Shown here: piece by piece, positions 1-9,344 of the stretch
Layout: each line of letters begins with the position of its first letter
Numbering within the stretch: the first letter of the stretch is position 1
NCBI GenBank assembly: GCA_002504905.1
Contig: DATY01000029.1
Location: forward strand, 78,306 to 142,305
Direction: 5' to 3'
DNA length: 64,000 bases
DNA from: Euryarchaeota archaeon UBA605
Lineage (GTDB): Archaea; Thermoplasmatota; Poseidoniia; Poseidoniales; Thalassarchaeaceae
The notes under the pieces: generated by a model
The model's database searches: none
Seen by the model: the letters and a program-made list of their open reading frames with translations, nothing else
Told to the model about the DNA's origin: nothing
Made by a program: the position numbers and the translations under genes

Positions 1-1
1 A

Positions 2-406
2 GTAAACATGTTCCCAACCAGGCGAATACGTGTAAATCTCATTCATCGATACATCGATGTCGCCTTCATCGAAAGTACTAATGTTTGATCTTGTTCCATC
101 ATCAAGTAGGGTGATTTGTTCTAAATCTTCAATAAAATTAGTTCCAAAAAATCGACCTGTGTCTAAATCTGCTCCATCCCACACAATACCAGGCTCCATA
201 GAGGTTGCCATTTCTGTATTGGTGACGTGAAGCCAACCATCCTGAACAGTAGCATTACCAGGCACTCGGAAACCGGTCAGAGTAATACCCTCGTCGGGAG
301 GATTTACTGAACTTGGCCCAGTCCAAGAAGTTGTAGCAGCGGATGTTAGCGGGGCGATTATCATCAATAGCACTAGTGCAAGTGCAGTCCTACGGCGGTC
401 AGACAT
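2..406 (-). CDS. Secreted/cell-surface protein, N-terminal part (truncated by window edge)
   Basis: Manually read open frame from ATG at 406: MSDRRRTALALVLLMIIAPLTSAATTSWTGP..., a typical signal peptide; no stop before position 1; absent from the ORF track. Confidence 0.75.
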   Translation of the reverse strand, partial: MSDRRRTALALVLLMIIAPLTSAATTSWTGPSSVNPPDEGITLTGFRVPGNATVQDGWLHVTNTEMATSMEPGIVWDGADLDTGRFFGTNFIEDLEQITLLDDGTRSNISTFDEGDIDVSMNEIYTYSPGWEHVY

Positions 407-492
407 GTCTGTCTCGTTAGTTTGTTACATTATGAAGTTATTTCCGTAAGATTGTTGAAGGTACAGTAAAACAGTAATTTCAATTCTATAAA

Positions 493-567
493 TGGAGCCA
501 CTGGGGAGAATTGAACTCCCGACCTTCCCATTACCAATGGGATGCTATACCCCTAAGCCACAGTGGC
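493..567 (-). tRNA. tRNA-Thr(GGT)
   Basis: Reverse complement GCCACTG...TCCCA-TT-GGT-AA-TGGGA...GTTCAATTC...CAGTGGC-T-CCA; cloverleaf with encoded CCA. Confidence 0.95.
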
Positions 568-675
568 GACGTTTAATCCAAAAACAATCGCGATTTAATC
601 ACTACGGAAGAGGATTCAAAATCACATATGGAAAGCAACAGACTCAAAATGTCGGAGAGGTCCGGCAATAATGAA

Positions 676-761
676 GCCGAGGTCGCATAGCCTGGTATTG
701 CGCATGACTGGAAATCATGTGGGATTTTCCCTCGGGAGTTCAAATCTCCCTCTCGGCGCCA
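676..761 (+). tRNA. tRNA-Ser(GGA)
   Basis: GCCGAGG acceptor stem, CATGA-CT-GGA-AA-TCATG anticodon arm, long variable arm, GTTCAAATC T-loop, ends GCCA. Confidence 0.95.
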
Positions 762-884
762 CATTTATTCTAATGTTTATTTTGAAACATAGAATACCAT
801 ACATATAATGATTTTTTGAATCGGAATAAGGGAGTTACTTAATGCAGTATTTCCTGTCGCATAAACATAGGAGGCCTCCGTTCA

Positions 885-2015
885 ATGAGTGATGGAACAG
901 AAATTGGAACACAAGAGTCTATCAGACTCAGTGAAATTACTTTGAATTATAACTTTTCAGAATATAATGAAAGGTTAAAGATTCTAGATAAATTTATGCA
1001 AGAATCTAAGTTTCATCTAAAGATGATTCTTAAGGGCTGGGGTGCATTCGAATTTTCAATTTTTGGCGTAGGAGTTCTAGCAATCCTACTCGGTTCATGG
1101 GATTTAGGAATAGGTGAATTGAGAAGCGGTGGAGACTACAATAGAGTTGGTAGCGAAGGAATGTTATTTCTAGAAGATCTCTCTCTAATGCTTTCACTTC
1201 TATCTATGATTGCTTGGGGGATTTTTGTAATTCAATTGTTTATTCGTTTTCCAATAATGAGAGAGAATCTAGTTTGGATGATTGTCGGGATGATTGCGGT
1301 ACAAATAGGATATATTATCACCTACTCTGACTATCCAAACTTTCCTGAAAATGTCAATATAGGAATGCTGGCTCCAATAATCCTTGCGAATCTAATTTTC
1401 TCATTTCTTGTAATCTTTGTAGTTCATAGAGCAGTTATCGAAACAAGAGATGTGCATGTAATTGAGAGGCATTCACATCCTGACCCTAGGGTTGTCGCTA
1501 CAGCTTGGAAAGATCATAGTTTGAGATTATGGAGTTTGGGGCTGGGAACATGGATGGTCCTGGTAAATATTTTCTCTTGGTCTTCATCAAAATCAGTAGC
1601 ATTAAGACCAATATCTTCTGAAGAAACCGTTTTTAATTATCCTTGGTTATATCTTGTTTGTAGTATAATATCAATTTTCTTTTTGATACACATTATTTGG
1701 TATCCTCAATTCATGCTTGGGGCAGCAGAAGATAGAATTCAATCAGTTAGAGCAAGAGAAGTTTCCGGAGAAATCGATTATAAATCTACAAAGGATGTTC
1801 AGGGTATTTGTCCGATTTGTAAAGAGGAAACCGCCGCTATTCAGAAAGCTAATGGAAAAATAACAATACCTTGCGAGTATAATTGTGGAGGAGTTGGAAC
1901 TCCCGGTTCAATTTGTAAGGAATGTGAGATGACCTTACCTACTAGAATTAATTGTGCCAACTGTAATTCTAATACTATAATTTCAAGTCATTTTAGTAGA
2001 CAAGATGCGTGGTAA
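885..2015 (+). CDS. Multi-pass membrane protein with C-terminal Cys-rich zinc-ribbon region
   Basis: About 6 hydrophobic segments followed by CPIC, CEYNC, CKEC, CANC; GGAGG SD upstream. Confidence 0.75.
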   Translation: MSDGTEIGTQESIRLSEITLNYNFSEYNERLKILDKFMQESKFHLKMILKGWGAFEFSIFGVGVLAILLGSWDLGIGELRSGGDYNRVGSEGMLFLEDLSLMLSLLSMIAWGIFVIQLFIRFPIMRENLVWMIVGMIAVQIGYIITYSDYPNFPENVNIGMLAPIILANLIFSFLVIFVVHRAVIETRDVHVIERHSHPDPRVVATAWKDHSLRLWSLGLGTWMVLVNIFSWSSSKSVALRPISSEETVFNYPWLYLVCSIISIFFLIHIIWYPQFMLGAAEDRIQSVRAREVSGEIDYKSTKDVQGICPICKEETAAIQKANGKITIPCEYNCGGVGTPGSICKECEMTLPTRINCANCNSNTIISSHFSRQDAW

Positions 2016-2031
2016 TTGGTGTTAATAATAA

Positions 2032-3495
2032 TTGGTTGTTAATATGATTTGGGGAGTGTTTCTTGAAGTTATTTCATGGGTGTTATTTGATATTTTATGG
2101 GCAATAATCAAGTCAATCTATGATGGTTTTAGGTGGATTATAAATCTCATAAAAACTGTAATTTTTGCTATATTCAGTGAAATTTCAGAAAAAAAAGAGA
2201 AAAAAAACTTAGGTACAAATATGGAGAATTCAAATGGAGAAGAAAATATAATTGATGTAATTAATGCATCAAAAACAAGAGACGAAGATGTGTTCAAATT
2301 ACTTGTTGGCTTCTCTGCTACTTTGATATCAGGATTCATCTTGGCTGTAATACTTCTATGGCTATTTTTTACCATGAATGGAGAAGTATTTGGTTTCAGC
2401 CCACCTCAATCATTAGTCACTTGGGAAGATGAATATAGAGACATGACTGGAATAAATGAAATTGAAGGATTGGACGGAACAGGTGTATCATTATGCATAG
2501 TAGATTCAGGAATTGATATTTCACATCCAGATTTAGAAAATATAAATCTTTTAGGTTGGAATGATGTCATTAATTCTAGTCCAAATCCATATGATGATGA
2601 TGGTCATGGAACAGCAATGGCAGGTATAATTGTCGCAGATGGAGGATTAAATGGAATCGCAAAAAATGTCGATTTATTTATTGCGAAGGCAATAAATTCT
2701 GATGGTTCTGGTACAGATGACGGGATTGCAGAAGCGGTAGATTGGTGTGTTTCACAAGGTAGCGATATTATTTCTTTAAGTCTAGGAGGTGGACAAGGTA
2801 TTGGTGGTGATTTATTCACTACAGATTCACTTGAGGTTGCAGTAGAAAATGCAATCGATCAGGGAGTATATGTTGTTGCTGCAGCAGGGAATGATGGTGA
2901 GGATGATGATGGAGATGTATCTTCTCCCGGTTCTGTTAAGGACGTAATTTGTGTCGGAGGTGTAACTAGACTTGGTAACTCATGGTCTGGAAGTTCAGAA
3001 GGAGATAATAACGGAAGACTATGGCCGAATCCAATTCTTCCAAGAAATGATCCTGATAAAAAACCAGAAATAATCGCGCCTGGACTTGAGGTACCAGTGT
3101 TGATGATAAACTCGAATTCATGGTGGGGATGGTCGAGTGGTACATCTGCTTCAACGGCATGGGTGTCAGGTGGACTGGCATTGTTCTTACAAGAATATCC
3201 TGATTTTCAAAGAAATACAGATAGTGATTCGACAAAGATTGAAGAAATTAAACAGCTATTGAGTGAGAACTCACAAATGAAAAATGGACAAAGTCAACAT
3301 GATGATCATTTTGGTTATGGAATATTTAGAATTGATTCTTTAATAGATTCAGCCAAAACAAATTCTTCTAATCTAGAAAATATAATTGAGACTTCAGATT
3401 TAACTATGCAAAAAAATATATTCGAAATATTTCAAAGTGAACGACGAATGACGGCTAGAGTCCCACCAGACAATTCTATAAAAGCCATAGAATGA
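2032..3495 (+). CDS. Membrane-anchored S8 (subtilisin-like) serine peptidase; start uncertain (possibly ATG 2221)
   Basis: Catalytic motifs IVDSGID, DGHGTAMAG, AAAGNDG, SGTSAS; transmembrane segment before the catalytic domain. Confidence 0.9.
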   Translation: MVVNMIWGVFLEVISWVLFDILWAIIKSIYDGFRWIINLIKTVIFAIFSEISEKKEKKNLGTNMENSNGEENIIDVINASKTRDEDVFKLLVGFSATLISGFILAVILLWLFFTMNGEVFGFSPPQSLVTWEDEYRDMTGINEIEGLDGTGVSLCIVDSGIDISHPDLENINLLGWNDVINSSPNPYDDDGHGTAMAGIIVADGGLNGIAKNVDLFIAKAINSDGSGTDDGIAEAVDWCVSQGSDIISLSLGGGQGIGGDLFTTDSLEVAVENAIDQGVYVVAAAGNDGEDDDGDVSSPGSVKDVICVGGVTRLGNSWSGSSEGDNNGRLWPNPILPRNDPDKKPEIIAPGLEVPVLMINSNSWWGWSSGTSASTAWVSGGLALFLQEYPDFQRNTDSDSTKIEEIKQLLSENSQMKNGQSQHDDHFGYGIFRIDSLIDSAKTNSSNLENIIETSDLTMQKNIFEIFQSERRMTARVPPDNSIKAIE

Positions 3496-4277
3496 TTATC
3501 ATTACAATCTCGTATCACTTCCATCCATTGATTAAATGATTCTACTTTCTTTTGGGCCTCATTGGGTTCTTGACCTTCTTCAGGCACACCAACATCACCT
3601 GTAGGTACTTCTGGCTCTTTAACAAGGATGAAACCACCTTTAGAAATCACATCTAATGCTGCTATTGTGGCAGATGCTCTATGATTTTCAGGTAGATCAA
3701 TAATTATCATATCTATTGGTTGGGGGAGAGGTGAAGGTTTCGCACTGGATGGTAATGCAGCTGTTGCAACAGACCATGAGGAGGTTTCAGCAGTAATTTC
3801 TTGCCATGATCTTGTCAAAACTTGTGTCCACTGTTCAGAAGAATGACGGCGGATAAGACGATCAATAATAACTCCAAATTTACCTGCTGGTTCAATGATT
3901 CTAAATGAATCTGGCCGAGGCCTATTTTCGACGGGTGGATTTGCAGGATCGCCAGTCCATAAGTCAAGTAACCAGGCAGTTAGATGACCAATTCCTCCAC
4001 CTACAAGAACCACATTTCTGGCTGGAATTTTAGATGTTATATCCCTAATTTTAACTCTAAATGCTCGTGATAAGGGAATCAAATTCATATGTAACATCTG
4101 TTGACCAATATTGGCTGCTATCTGAGGTTCTTCATCGCCAAAATCAGAATCTAAAGATAGTAATTGTTCAAACATTTCTCGCTCGGACATCTGTGGTAAT
4201 CCAATGCCGCCCCCGTCACTCATGTCAATGGCTATATTAACTTCAATTTCAACCATCCCATGCAAGGATGGCTTCAA
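3432..4277 (-). CDS. Hypothetical protein, probable divergent SAM-dependent methyltransferase fold; true start likely downstream of 4277
   Basis: VVLVGGGIGHL, IIEP, DMIIIDLP and GGFILV resemble class I methyltransferase motifs. Confidence 0.55.
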   Translation of the reverse strand: MKPSLHGMVEIEVNIAIDMSDGGGIGLPQMSEREMFEQLLSLDSDFGDEEPQIAANIGQQMLHMNLIPLSRAFRVKIRDITSKIPARNVVLVGGGIGHLTAWLLDLWTGDPANPPVENRPRPDSFRIIEPAGKFGVIIDRLIRRHSSEQWTQVLTRSWQEITAETSSWSVATAALPSSAKPSPLPQPIDMIIIDLPENHRASATIAALDVISKGGFILVKEPEVPTGDVGVPEEGQEPNEAQKKVESFNQWMEVIRDCNDNHSMAFIELSGGTLAVIRRSL

Positions 4278-4301
4278 TAAAGAAAGTCATCTCGAAGGTA
4301 C

Positions 4302-4910
4302 ATGGAAGATACTGGCATCGATGAAGAAGTATTTGATGCTGCAGTATGTCCTGAATGTACAAAAATGACTGAACATGAAATTCTCAAAAGGAATGTAAAA
4401 GGAGACGGAGAAGATCTGTTAGTCAGATGTTTGATTTGTAGCAATGTCCATAACTTACAATTAAGACCACCTAAGTCTGTTTTGATTAAAACGACATTGT
4501 CAGATAGAATGGACAGTGAGCTGGCATTAATAGAAGCAGATGAAGACGAAGAAATTAACAAATATGATTATTTTCAACATAATGAGCAAACTTACAGAAT
4601 AACAAGAATAGAAGATTCTACATCTAGAGAATGTAAGAATCTTAATGCAGCTGATATATCTGCAATGTGGGCAGTTAGGGTAGATAGGACAATAGTTCCT
4701 GTAACAATGACTGAGGGTGAGATTAGCGTCCCTAGCAGTATAGAATGTGACCCTGATAGGATTTTCTCTTGTGGCGCAATTATGCAGATGAACGGTAGAA
4801 GATGGAGGATTAGAGCACTCCATACCGGTAAAGGTAGAACTCTCAATGGGAAAAGAATCGCTAGTGAAATTAGAAGAATCTATCTACATGTTCCAGATGA
4901 TGACCGATAA
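4302..4910 (+). CDS. Archaeal Zn-finger protein (HVO_0476-like)
   Basis: N-terminal CPEC...HEILK...VRCLICSNVH; C-terminal IASEIRRIY. Confidence 0.75.
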   Translation: MEDTGIDEEVFDAAVCPECTKMTEHEILKRNVKGDGEDLLVRCLICSNVHNLQLRPPKSVLIKTTLSDRMDSELALIEADEDEEINKYDYFQHNEQTYRITRIEDSTSRECKNLNAADISAMWAVRVDRTIVPVTMTEGEISVPSSIECDPDRIFSCGAIMQMNGRRWRIRALHTGKGRTLNGKRIASEIRRIYLHVPDDDR

Positions 4911-4919
4911 ATAATAAGA

Positions 4920-5891
4920 TTACTTTCTATTAGTCCAAGGCATAATTATGGTTTTAGTTACATGCCAAGCAATATCTGGATTTTCTCGGATTCTTCTAAC
5001 ACCATACTCATACCATTTCGTACCATATGGAACGTAAACTCTAGTTAAGTGCCCTTCTGATGCTAATTTTCTTCTAAGATTACCTCTGACACCGAGAAGG
5101 AATTGGAATTCGTATCCTGGCCCCTTTCCAACTCTGGTAGAAGAGGAATTATTTCTAGAATCGTGGTTTACAGATATATTCATTTTTTCCAATTTTTCCA
5201 AACTGTGATTAATTATGGGGATATCATGTGAGGCTACAGCAGTGTAACATCCCTTTTCTAACATCAAATCGATACATTCATTTGTTGAATCTACTATTTC
5301 TTGATATTTCGTATAAGAAATTTCTTCTGATTCTAAATATATTCCTTTGCAAATTCTAAAATCAGCTAGTGGCCCTAATTTCTGTGAAACTGCGACTATA
5401 TCCTCTTTGGTTCTGAATAATCTACCTTGTAGCACAGTTCCTATGTTCTGAAAACCCTTTTCTTGCATTTCCAAAACCACATCAATGGTTTCTTGTGTCA
5501 CTCTATGATCTTCCATATCTAATCGAACAAAGATATCATTCAGCGCTGCCTTTTTAAGAATCTCTTCTATATTTGATAATGCCGCATTTTTATCAATTAA
5601 TAATCCAAAAGCTGTGGGTTTCAAAGAAATATGCGCATCAATTTGATTAGATACTATTGAATCCAGAACTCTAGAATATTCATCAACAAAATACCTTGCT
5701 TCTTCAAGATCATTAATTTCTTCTCCTAAGACATCAATTGTAAAACAAGTATTTTCTTTAGACATACCCTTCATTAAATCAATTGCTGATTCTAGTTCTG
5801 ATCCCGCAACATAACGTCCCGCTATACGCTTAACCAAAAACTTCGGAGCAAACGGCATCAAACTAACAATGATTTTCCCAATCACTCCCAT
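4920..5891 (-). CDS. Proline dehydrogenase (monofunctional PutB-like)
   Basis: RYVAG, IDVLGE, SLKPT, RLDMED, RICKGIY, ASHD, EFQFLLG, RVYVPYG, RRIRENP motifs. Confidence 0.92.
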   Translation of the reverse strand: MGVIGKIIVSLMPFAPKFLVKRIAGRYVAGSELESAIDLMKGMSKENTCFTIDVLGEEINDLEEARYFVDEYSRVLDSIVSNQIDAHISLKPTAFGLLIDKNAALSNIEEILKKAALNDIFVRLDMEDHRVTQETIDVVLEMQEKGFQNIGTVLQGRLFRTKEDIVAVSQKLGPLADFRICKGIYLESEEISYTKYQEIVDSTNECIDLMLEKGCYTAVASHDIPIINHSLEKLEKMNISVNHDSRNNSSSTRVGKGPGYEFQFLLGVRGNLRRKLASEGHLTRVYVPYGTKWYEYGVRRIRENPDIAWHVTKTIIMPWTNRK

Positions 5892-5919
5892 ATACTGTCG
5901 AAGAGAATTAAAGATTTGA

Positions 5920-6858
5920 TTATTCTCTTTGAGAGATTTGCTTACCACGCCTAACTTCTATACCTAATTCATCCAATTTTTGAATAATTACTGAACGTTC
6001 CCAACCCTTGAATGACTTTCTATCTAGGTGAGCAAAAATCTTACTATTAGGGAAAGAAATTCTTGTTGATTCAACAGTTTTTTCGATACAATCTGACCAT
6101 GTTCCGGAAGGATTCTCAGATTTAGATTTTTGATCGAATATTAGGGAATAATTTGCTATCAAATGTCCTAAATTAATTTCTGAATCAATAATAACTGCTT
6201 TATGTCTTGGAGCATAGTGACCACCCCCAAAACCAATCATCACCTCCAAATTAGAATTAAAAAATTTTGATTTACTATCAAACATTCCTAAAACATCAGA
6301 GATCACTTCCGCCCAACATTCCGCAACGTCATTTCTGTTCCACTCATTTTCAGTAGAACCTATCTCAATATACAAAGTAGGTGTTTTTAGTATTGGTCCA
6401 TGATGGGTGGTCTCCATAGTTAAATCAAAATCATGATGTAAATTTCTTTCTCTAGCCAAATTGTTCATTCTCCTGAAAAGTGATGCAAAATATCTGCTTG
6501 GTGGCACCAAAGTTCCATTTTTACCTCCAGATTTACCTTCCTGACCATATGGCAAGGCACCTGGAATGCCTATCGCATGCAAAGTCATTGCTGGAGTATT
6601 TGAACTTGAAACATGTCTAGATAAAATAAGTACGTCATCAACAGGAAGATTCGTACTTTTTTTAAAGGTGGAATCTATATCATTTGCTCTTATATGAATT
6701 TGATCAATAACTAATAGATAAACTCTACCACATTTATGTATAAAATAATCACCTACTGATGAAGAAAGAGTCTCACCCCAGCCATCTAATCGCAACATAG
6801 CATCGTACAATGTCATTGATGCTGAATCAGATTTAGAAGCCAAAATTAGCACTCCCAT
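5920..6858 (-). CDS. dtdA: D-aminoacyl-tRNA deacylase (archaeal DtdA/GEK1)
   Basis: LSRH, TLH, ETTHHGP, IEIGS, GFGGGHYAP motifs. Confidence 0.9.
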   Translation of the reverse strand: MGVLILASKSDSASMTLYDAMLRLDGWGETLSSSVGDYFIHKCGRVYLLVIDQIHIRANDIDSTFKKSTNLPVDDVLILSRHVSSSNTPAMTLHAIGIPGALPYGQEGKSGGKNGTLVPPSRYFASLFRRMNNLARERNLHHDFDLTMETTHHGPILKTPTLYIEIGSTENEWNRNDVAECWAEVISDVLGMFDSKSKFFNSNLEVMIGFGGGHYAPRHKAVIIDSEINLGHLIANYSLIFDQKSKSENPSGTWSDCIEKTVESTRISFPNSKIFAHLDRKSFKGWERSVIIQKLDELGIEVRRGKQISQRE

Positions 6859-6932
6859 GGGCGTCCCAAGGAGAGTTTAATTTTCAATCCTCTGAACCAC
6901 ACCTTGAAACACTGGAGTTTAGACGAGTTAAC

Positions 6933-7835
6933 ATGGTAGATTCCGGAACAGGTTTTGCTCCCATAAAAATAGACTCTGGTGAGAAAGTACATGTTATTTC
7001 TGGAGTCTCAGGACAATTACTGAAAGTTGATGAAAAACTAAATCCTATTGGAGAGGTTAGTCAACCATTTCCTGCTACAATTACATCAAGTACGATAGTC
7101 GATGATAAATGGATTGGAGTTTGGGTAGAAAGAGAACTCAGGCAGGCAAGAATGGCTGCATTTGACTTAAATGAAGAATGGTTAAATGGTGAAACAAAAG
7201 CAATTTTAAGGAATAGAAAAGCAGATTTTCTTTTACATCCCTCATCTAGCAATTGGTCACAGATATTAGATTCAGAGCCAACTGCACTATCAAAAATTGA
7301 TAATTCAATTTGTTTTTCTAGTATCAATAAAGGGATTTACAGAATTGATAATGAATCAAATGAAATATGGAGAGCTGAGATCCCTAAATGGAAAGAAATA
7401 GAAAAAATAAATTCATTTGATGAAATAGTTGGATTTATAGAAACAGAAGAAGGAATTGTATTAATTTCAAGAGCCGGTGGATTCGCAATTATGGATCAAA
7501 ATTCAACTATAATCCAGAAAGGAGTCTTGAGAATGCCAGAAATAATTACAGGATTCCAATATGAGAAAGGATGTGGGTGGTTCATTAAATTAAACGGAAA
7601 ATATTTCGCAACTCTATCTTCATTGACTGAAGCGCCAAAAATTTATAAGATTTTAGGGCCAGTTTATGATGTGAAAAATATCGAAGGAGATTGGATATGG
7701 ACTGGATGGAGGCACGATGGAAAACTGGATAAAAATGGCGAATTGTCTATTAAATCTAGAGAAAACATTGGCGTTGGTATTATTGGAGATAATGTTCTAA
7801 CAAATGATGGGAAATGGGAAAAAATTAGAATTTAA
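6933..7835 (+). CDS. Hypothetical protein, beta-strand rich (possible propeller)
   Basis: 300-aa ORF with Trp/Gly beta-repeat character; promoter signature upstream. Confidence 0.65.
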   Translation: MVDSGTGFAPIKIDSGEKVHVISGVSGQLLKVDEKLNPIGEVSQPFPATITSSTIVDDKWIGVWVERELRQARMAAFDLNEEWLNGETKAILRNRKADFLLHPSSSNWSQILDSEPTALSKIDNSICFSSINKGIYRIDNESNEIWRAEIPKWKEIEKINSFDEIVGFIETEEGIVLISRAGGFAIMDQNSTIIQKGVLRMPEIITGFQYEKGCGWFIKLNGKYFATLSSLTEAPKIYKILGPVYDVKNIEGDWIWTGWRHDGKLDKNGELSIKSRENIGVGIIGDNVLTNDGKWEKIRI

Positions 7836-8015
7836 TTACTCTTCTTCATCATTTGAATTATAACCACATTTGCCGCAGGATTTGCGATCTTCATGGATTG
7901 CCAAGAATACACCTGGGCCACAACCAGGCTCAGGACAAAACTCCGCCCGTTCTAGTTTGTCGCCATTAATCTTGTATTTTGACCACTTAGACTTTGGATT
8001 AGGTCCTTCTGCCAT
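7836..8015 (-). CDS. rps27ae: 30S ribosomal protein S27ae
   Basis: Manually read 59 aa: [52 protein letters not shown]...; follows rps24e with TAATG overlap; below ORF-track cutoff. Confidence 0.95.
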   Translation of the reverse strand: MAEGPNPKSKWSKYKINGDKLERAEFCPEPGCGPGVFLAIHEDRKSCGKCGYNSNDEEE

Positions 8016-8320
8016 TATTCATCGCCTCCTGTTTCTTTTACTGCACGAGTCTTTTCATGCCTTTCGACAATAAATTTTGGTTCTAATGAGGCCGACTCTT
8101 CTGAATCATAAATTAAAGCAATTCCAGTGGTTAATGGCATTCCATATCTAGTATTAACATTCTTTACAAAAACTAATTCCTTTTTCGATCCAGGTTCCGC
8201 CTTAGCTGCTGCCGTAATCATTTCCGATAGAGTAGGTGTTGGAAGGTTTGCATGATTCCATTCAAATGTTAATTCAACCCTTCCGAGTAGTGGATTTTCT
8301 TTTCTGTCTATTATTTGCAT
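8015..8320 (-). CDS. rps24e: 30S ribosomal protein S24e
   Basis: [31 protein letters not shown] motifs; conserved operon position. Confidence 0.93.
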   Translation of the reverse strand: MQIIDRKENPLLGRVELTFEWNHANLPTPTLSEMITAAAKAEPGSKKELVFVKNVNTRYGMPLTTGIALIYDSEESASLEPKFIVERHEKTRAVKETGGDE

Positions 8321-8334
8321 ATATTTTCCCTCCT

Positions 8335-8553
8335 TTATCTAATGTTTACCTTCAAAGCATAAGCGCCAGGATCATCTATATTCAGCCTTTTAGCAACTTC
8401 AGATCTTTTAGGATTAAGAATTATCACATAACCCTGCCAGTCAGTGGTTACAGGAGCATTAGGGCACCATTTACAATTAACTGGATCTTTTTTATTTTCT
8501 GGTTCGGGGAGAATGCGATTACATTCCCCGCAGGCAAATGGTTGCTTAGCCAT
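8335..8553 (-). CDS. spt4: Transcription elongation factor Spt4 (RpoE2)
   Basis: ACGECNRI...CKWC...TTDWQGYVIILNPKRSEVAKRLNI..PGAYALKV; start reassigned to MAKQP. Confidence 0.95.
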   Translation of the reverse strand: MAKQPFACGECNRILPEPENKKDPVNCKWCPNAPVTTDWQGYVIILNPKRSEVAKRLNIDDPGAYALKVNIR

Positions 8554-8554
8554 C

Positions 8555-9103
8555 TTAATCCTGCTCCTGTATCCACGAATATGCACCAAGTCCATCCATT
8601 TTACAATTCAAACCAATTTTACTAGCTCTTGGATCGTTCTGATTAATCGCTTTGGAAACTACACGAGAGCGTATGTAAGAACCCTCTTCTAGATATTTTC
8701 CACTGGATGAACCTTCAATTCTCTTGACTCCTAAATTAACATTTATTGGCTCATCAAGAATCTGTGATTTATGCAATAAAGCCTCCATAGGGCCTATTCT
8801 TACGAATGCACCATATTCTGAAATCTCAGATGCATATCCATCTACAACTTCATTATTTTCCATGTTAAAAAGAAGAGCCTTGAACTTAACTCGTTGATAT
8901 ATCGCACCATCTCCATGGATAATTTTTCCGCGACCCAAAGGTTCATGATCGAATGTTAAAACTGTATAATTTTCATCTGGATCGAAGCGACCTTCAAATG
9001 CATCATTTGCCAACTCATCGATATGGTCAACTAGGTTACGCCCTGCACGAATATATTCTGCAGGTATTCTTATTGTATCTTCGCGGGTAACTATGCTGTA
9101 CAT
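8555..9103 (-). CDS. rpoE1: DNA-directed RNA polymerase subunit E' (Rpo7)
   Basis: DTIRIP, GKIIHGDGA, S1 domain YGAFVRIGPMEALLHKSQI, KIGLNCKMDGLG. Confidence 0.95.
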   Translation of the reverse strand: MYSIVTREDTIRIPAEYIRAGRNLVDHIDELANDAFEGRFDPDENYTVLTFDHEPLGRGKIIHGDGAIYQRVKFKALLFNMENNEVVDGYASEISEYGAFVRIGPMEALLHKSQILDEPINVNLGVKRIEGSSSGKYLEEGSYIRSRVVSKAINQNDPRASKIGLNCKMDGLGAYSWIQEQD

Positions 9104-9119
9104 GTTTTTTCCTCCATTT

Positions 9120-9203
9120 AACGGACTGCTCCGAGGTTTGTCGGAGGAAGGCAGAAAGACCCCCCGTCCCTCATCGGCAAAGCCTCCAGAGGAGAAGTCC
9201 GTT
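9120..9203 (-). promoter_or_regulatory. Candidate structured 5' leader (long imperfect hairpin) of the rpoE1-spt4-rps24e-rps27ae operon
   Basis: Nested complementary arms AACGGACU/AGUCCGUU, CUCC/GGAG, GAGG/CCUC, UUUG/CAAA, GAGGGA/UUCCUC; GC-rich; ends 4 nt before the GGAGG SD. Confidence 0.6.
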
Positions 9204-9210
9204 GAGTCGC

Positions 9211-9231
9211 CGACTTACCACCCCTGTATAA
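9211..9231 (-). promoter_or_regulatory. Putative promoter of the rpoE1 operon (TTATA-N8-GTAAGTCG)
   Basis: Same motif and spacing as upstream of rpl37e and rpl44e. Confidence 0.55.
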
Positions 9232-9344
9232 GCGCAACGGATGAAAAATGACTTCGGAAAATCAGATTTACCCCACAGACCGTAGGTCTGGATGATAGTT
9301 TAGTGCGAATGTTCAAGTGGGTATTGAACCCCATTTAGACCCTG

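Noticed and set aside
573..764. 63-aa ORF on the minus strand
   Set aside because: Antisense to tRNA-Ser(GGA); a typical tRNA shadow ORF
9120..9203. Hairpin considered as SRP RNA, RNase P RNA or tRNA
   Set aside because: Too short and lacks their conserved motifs; kept as a candidate leader
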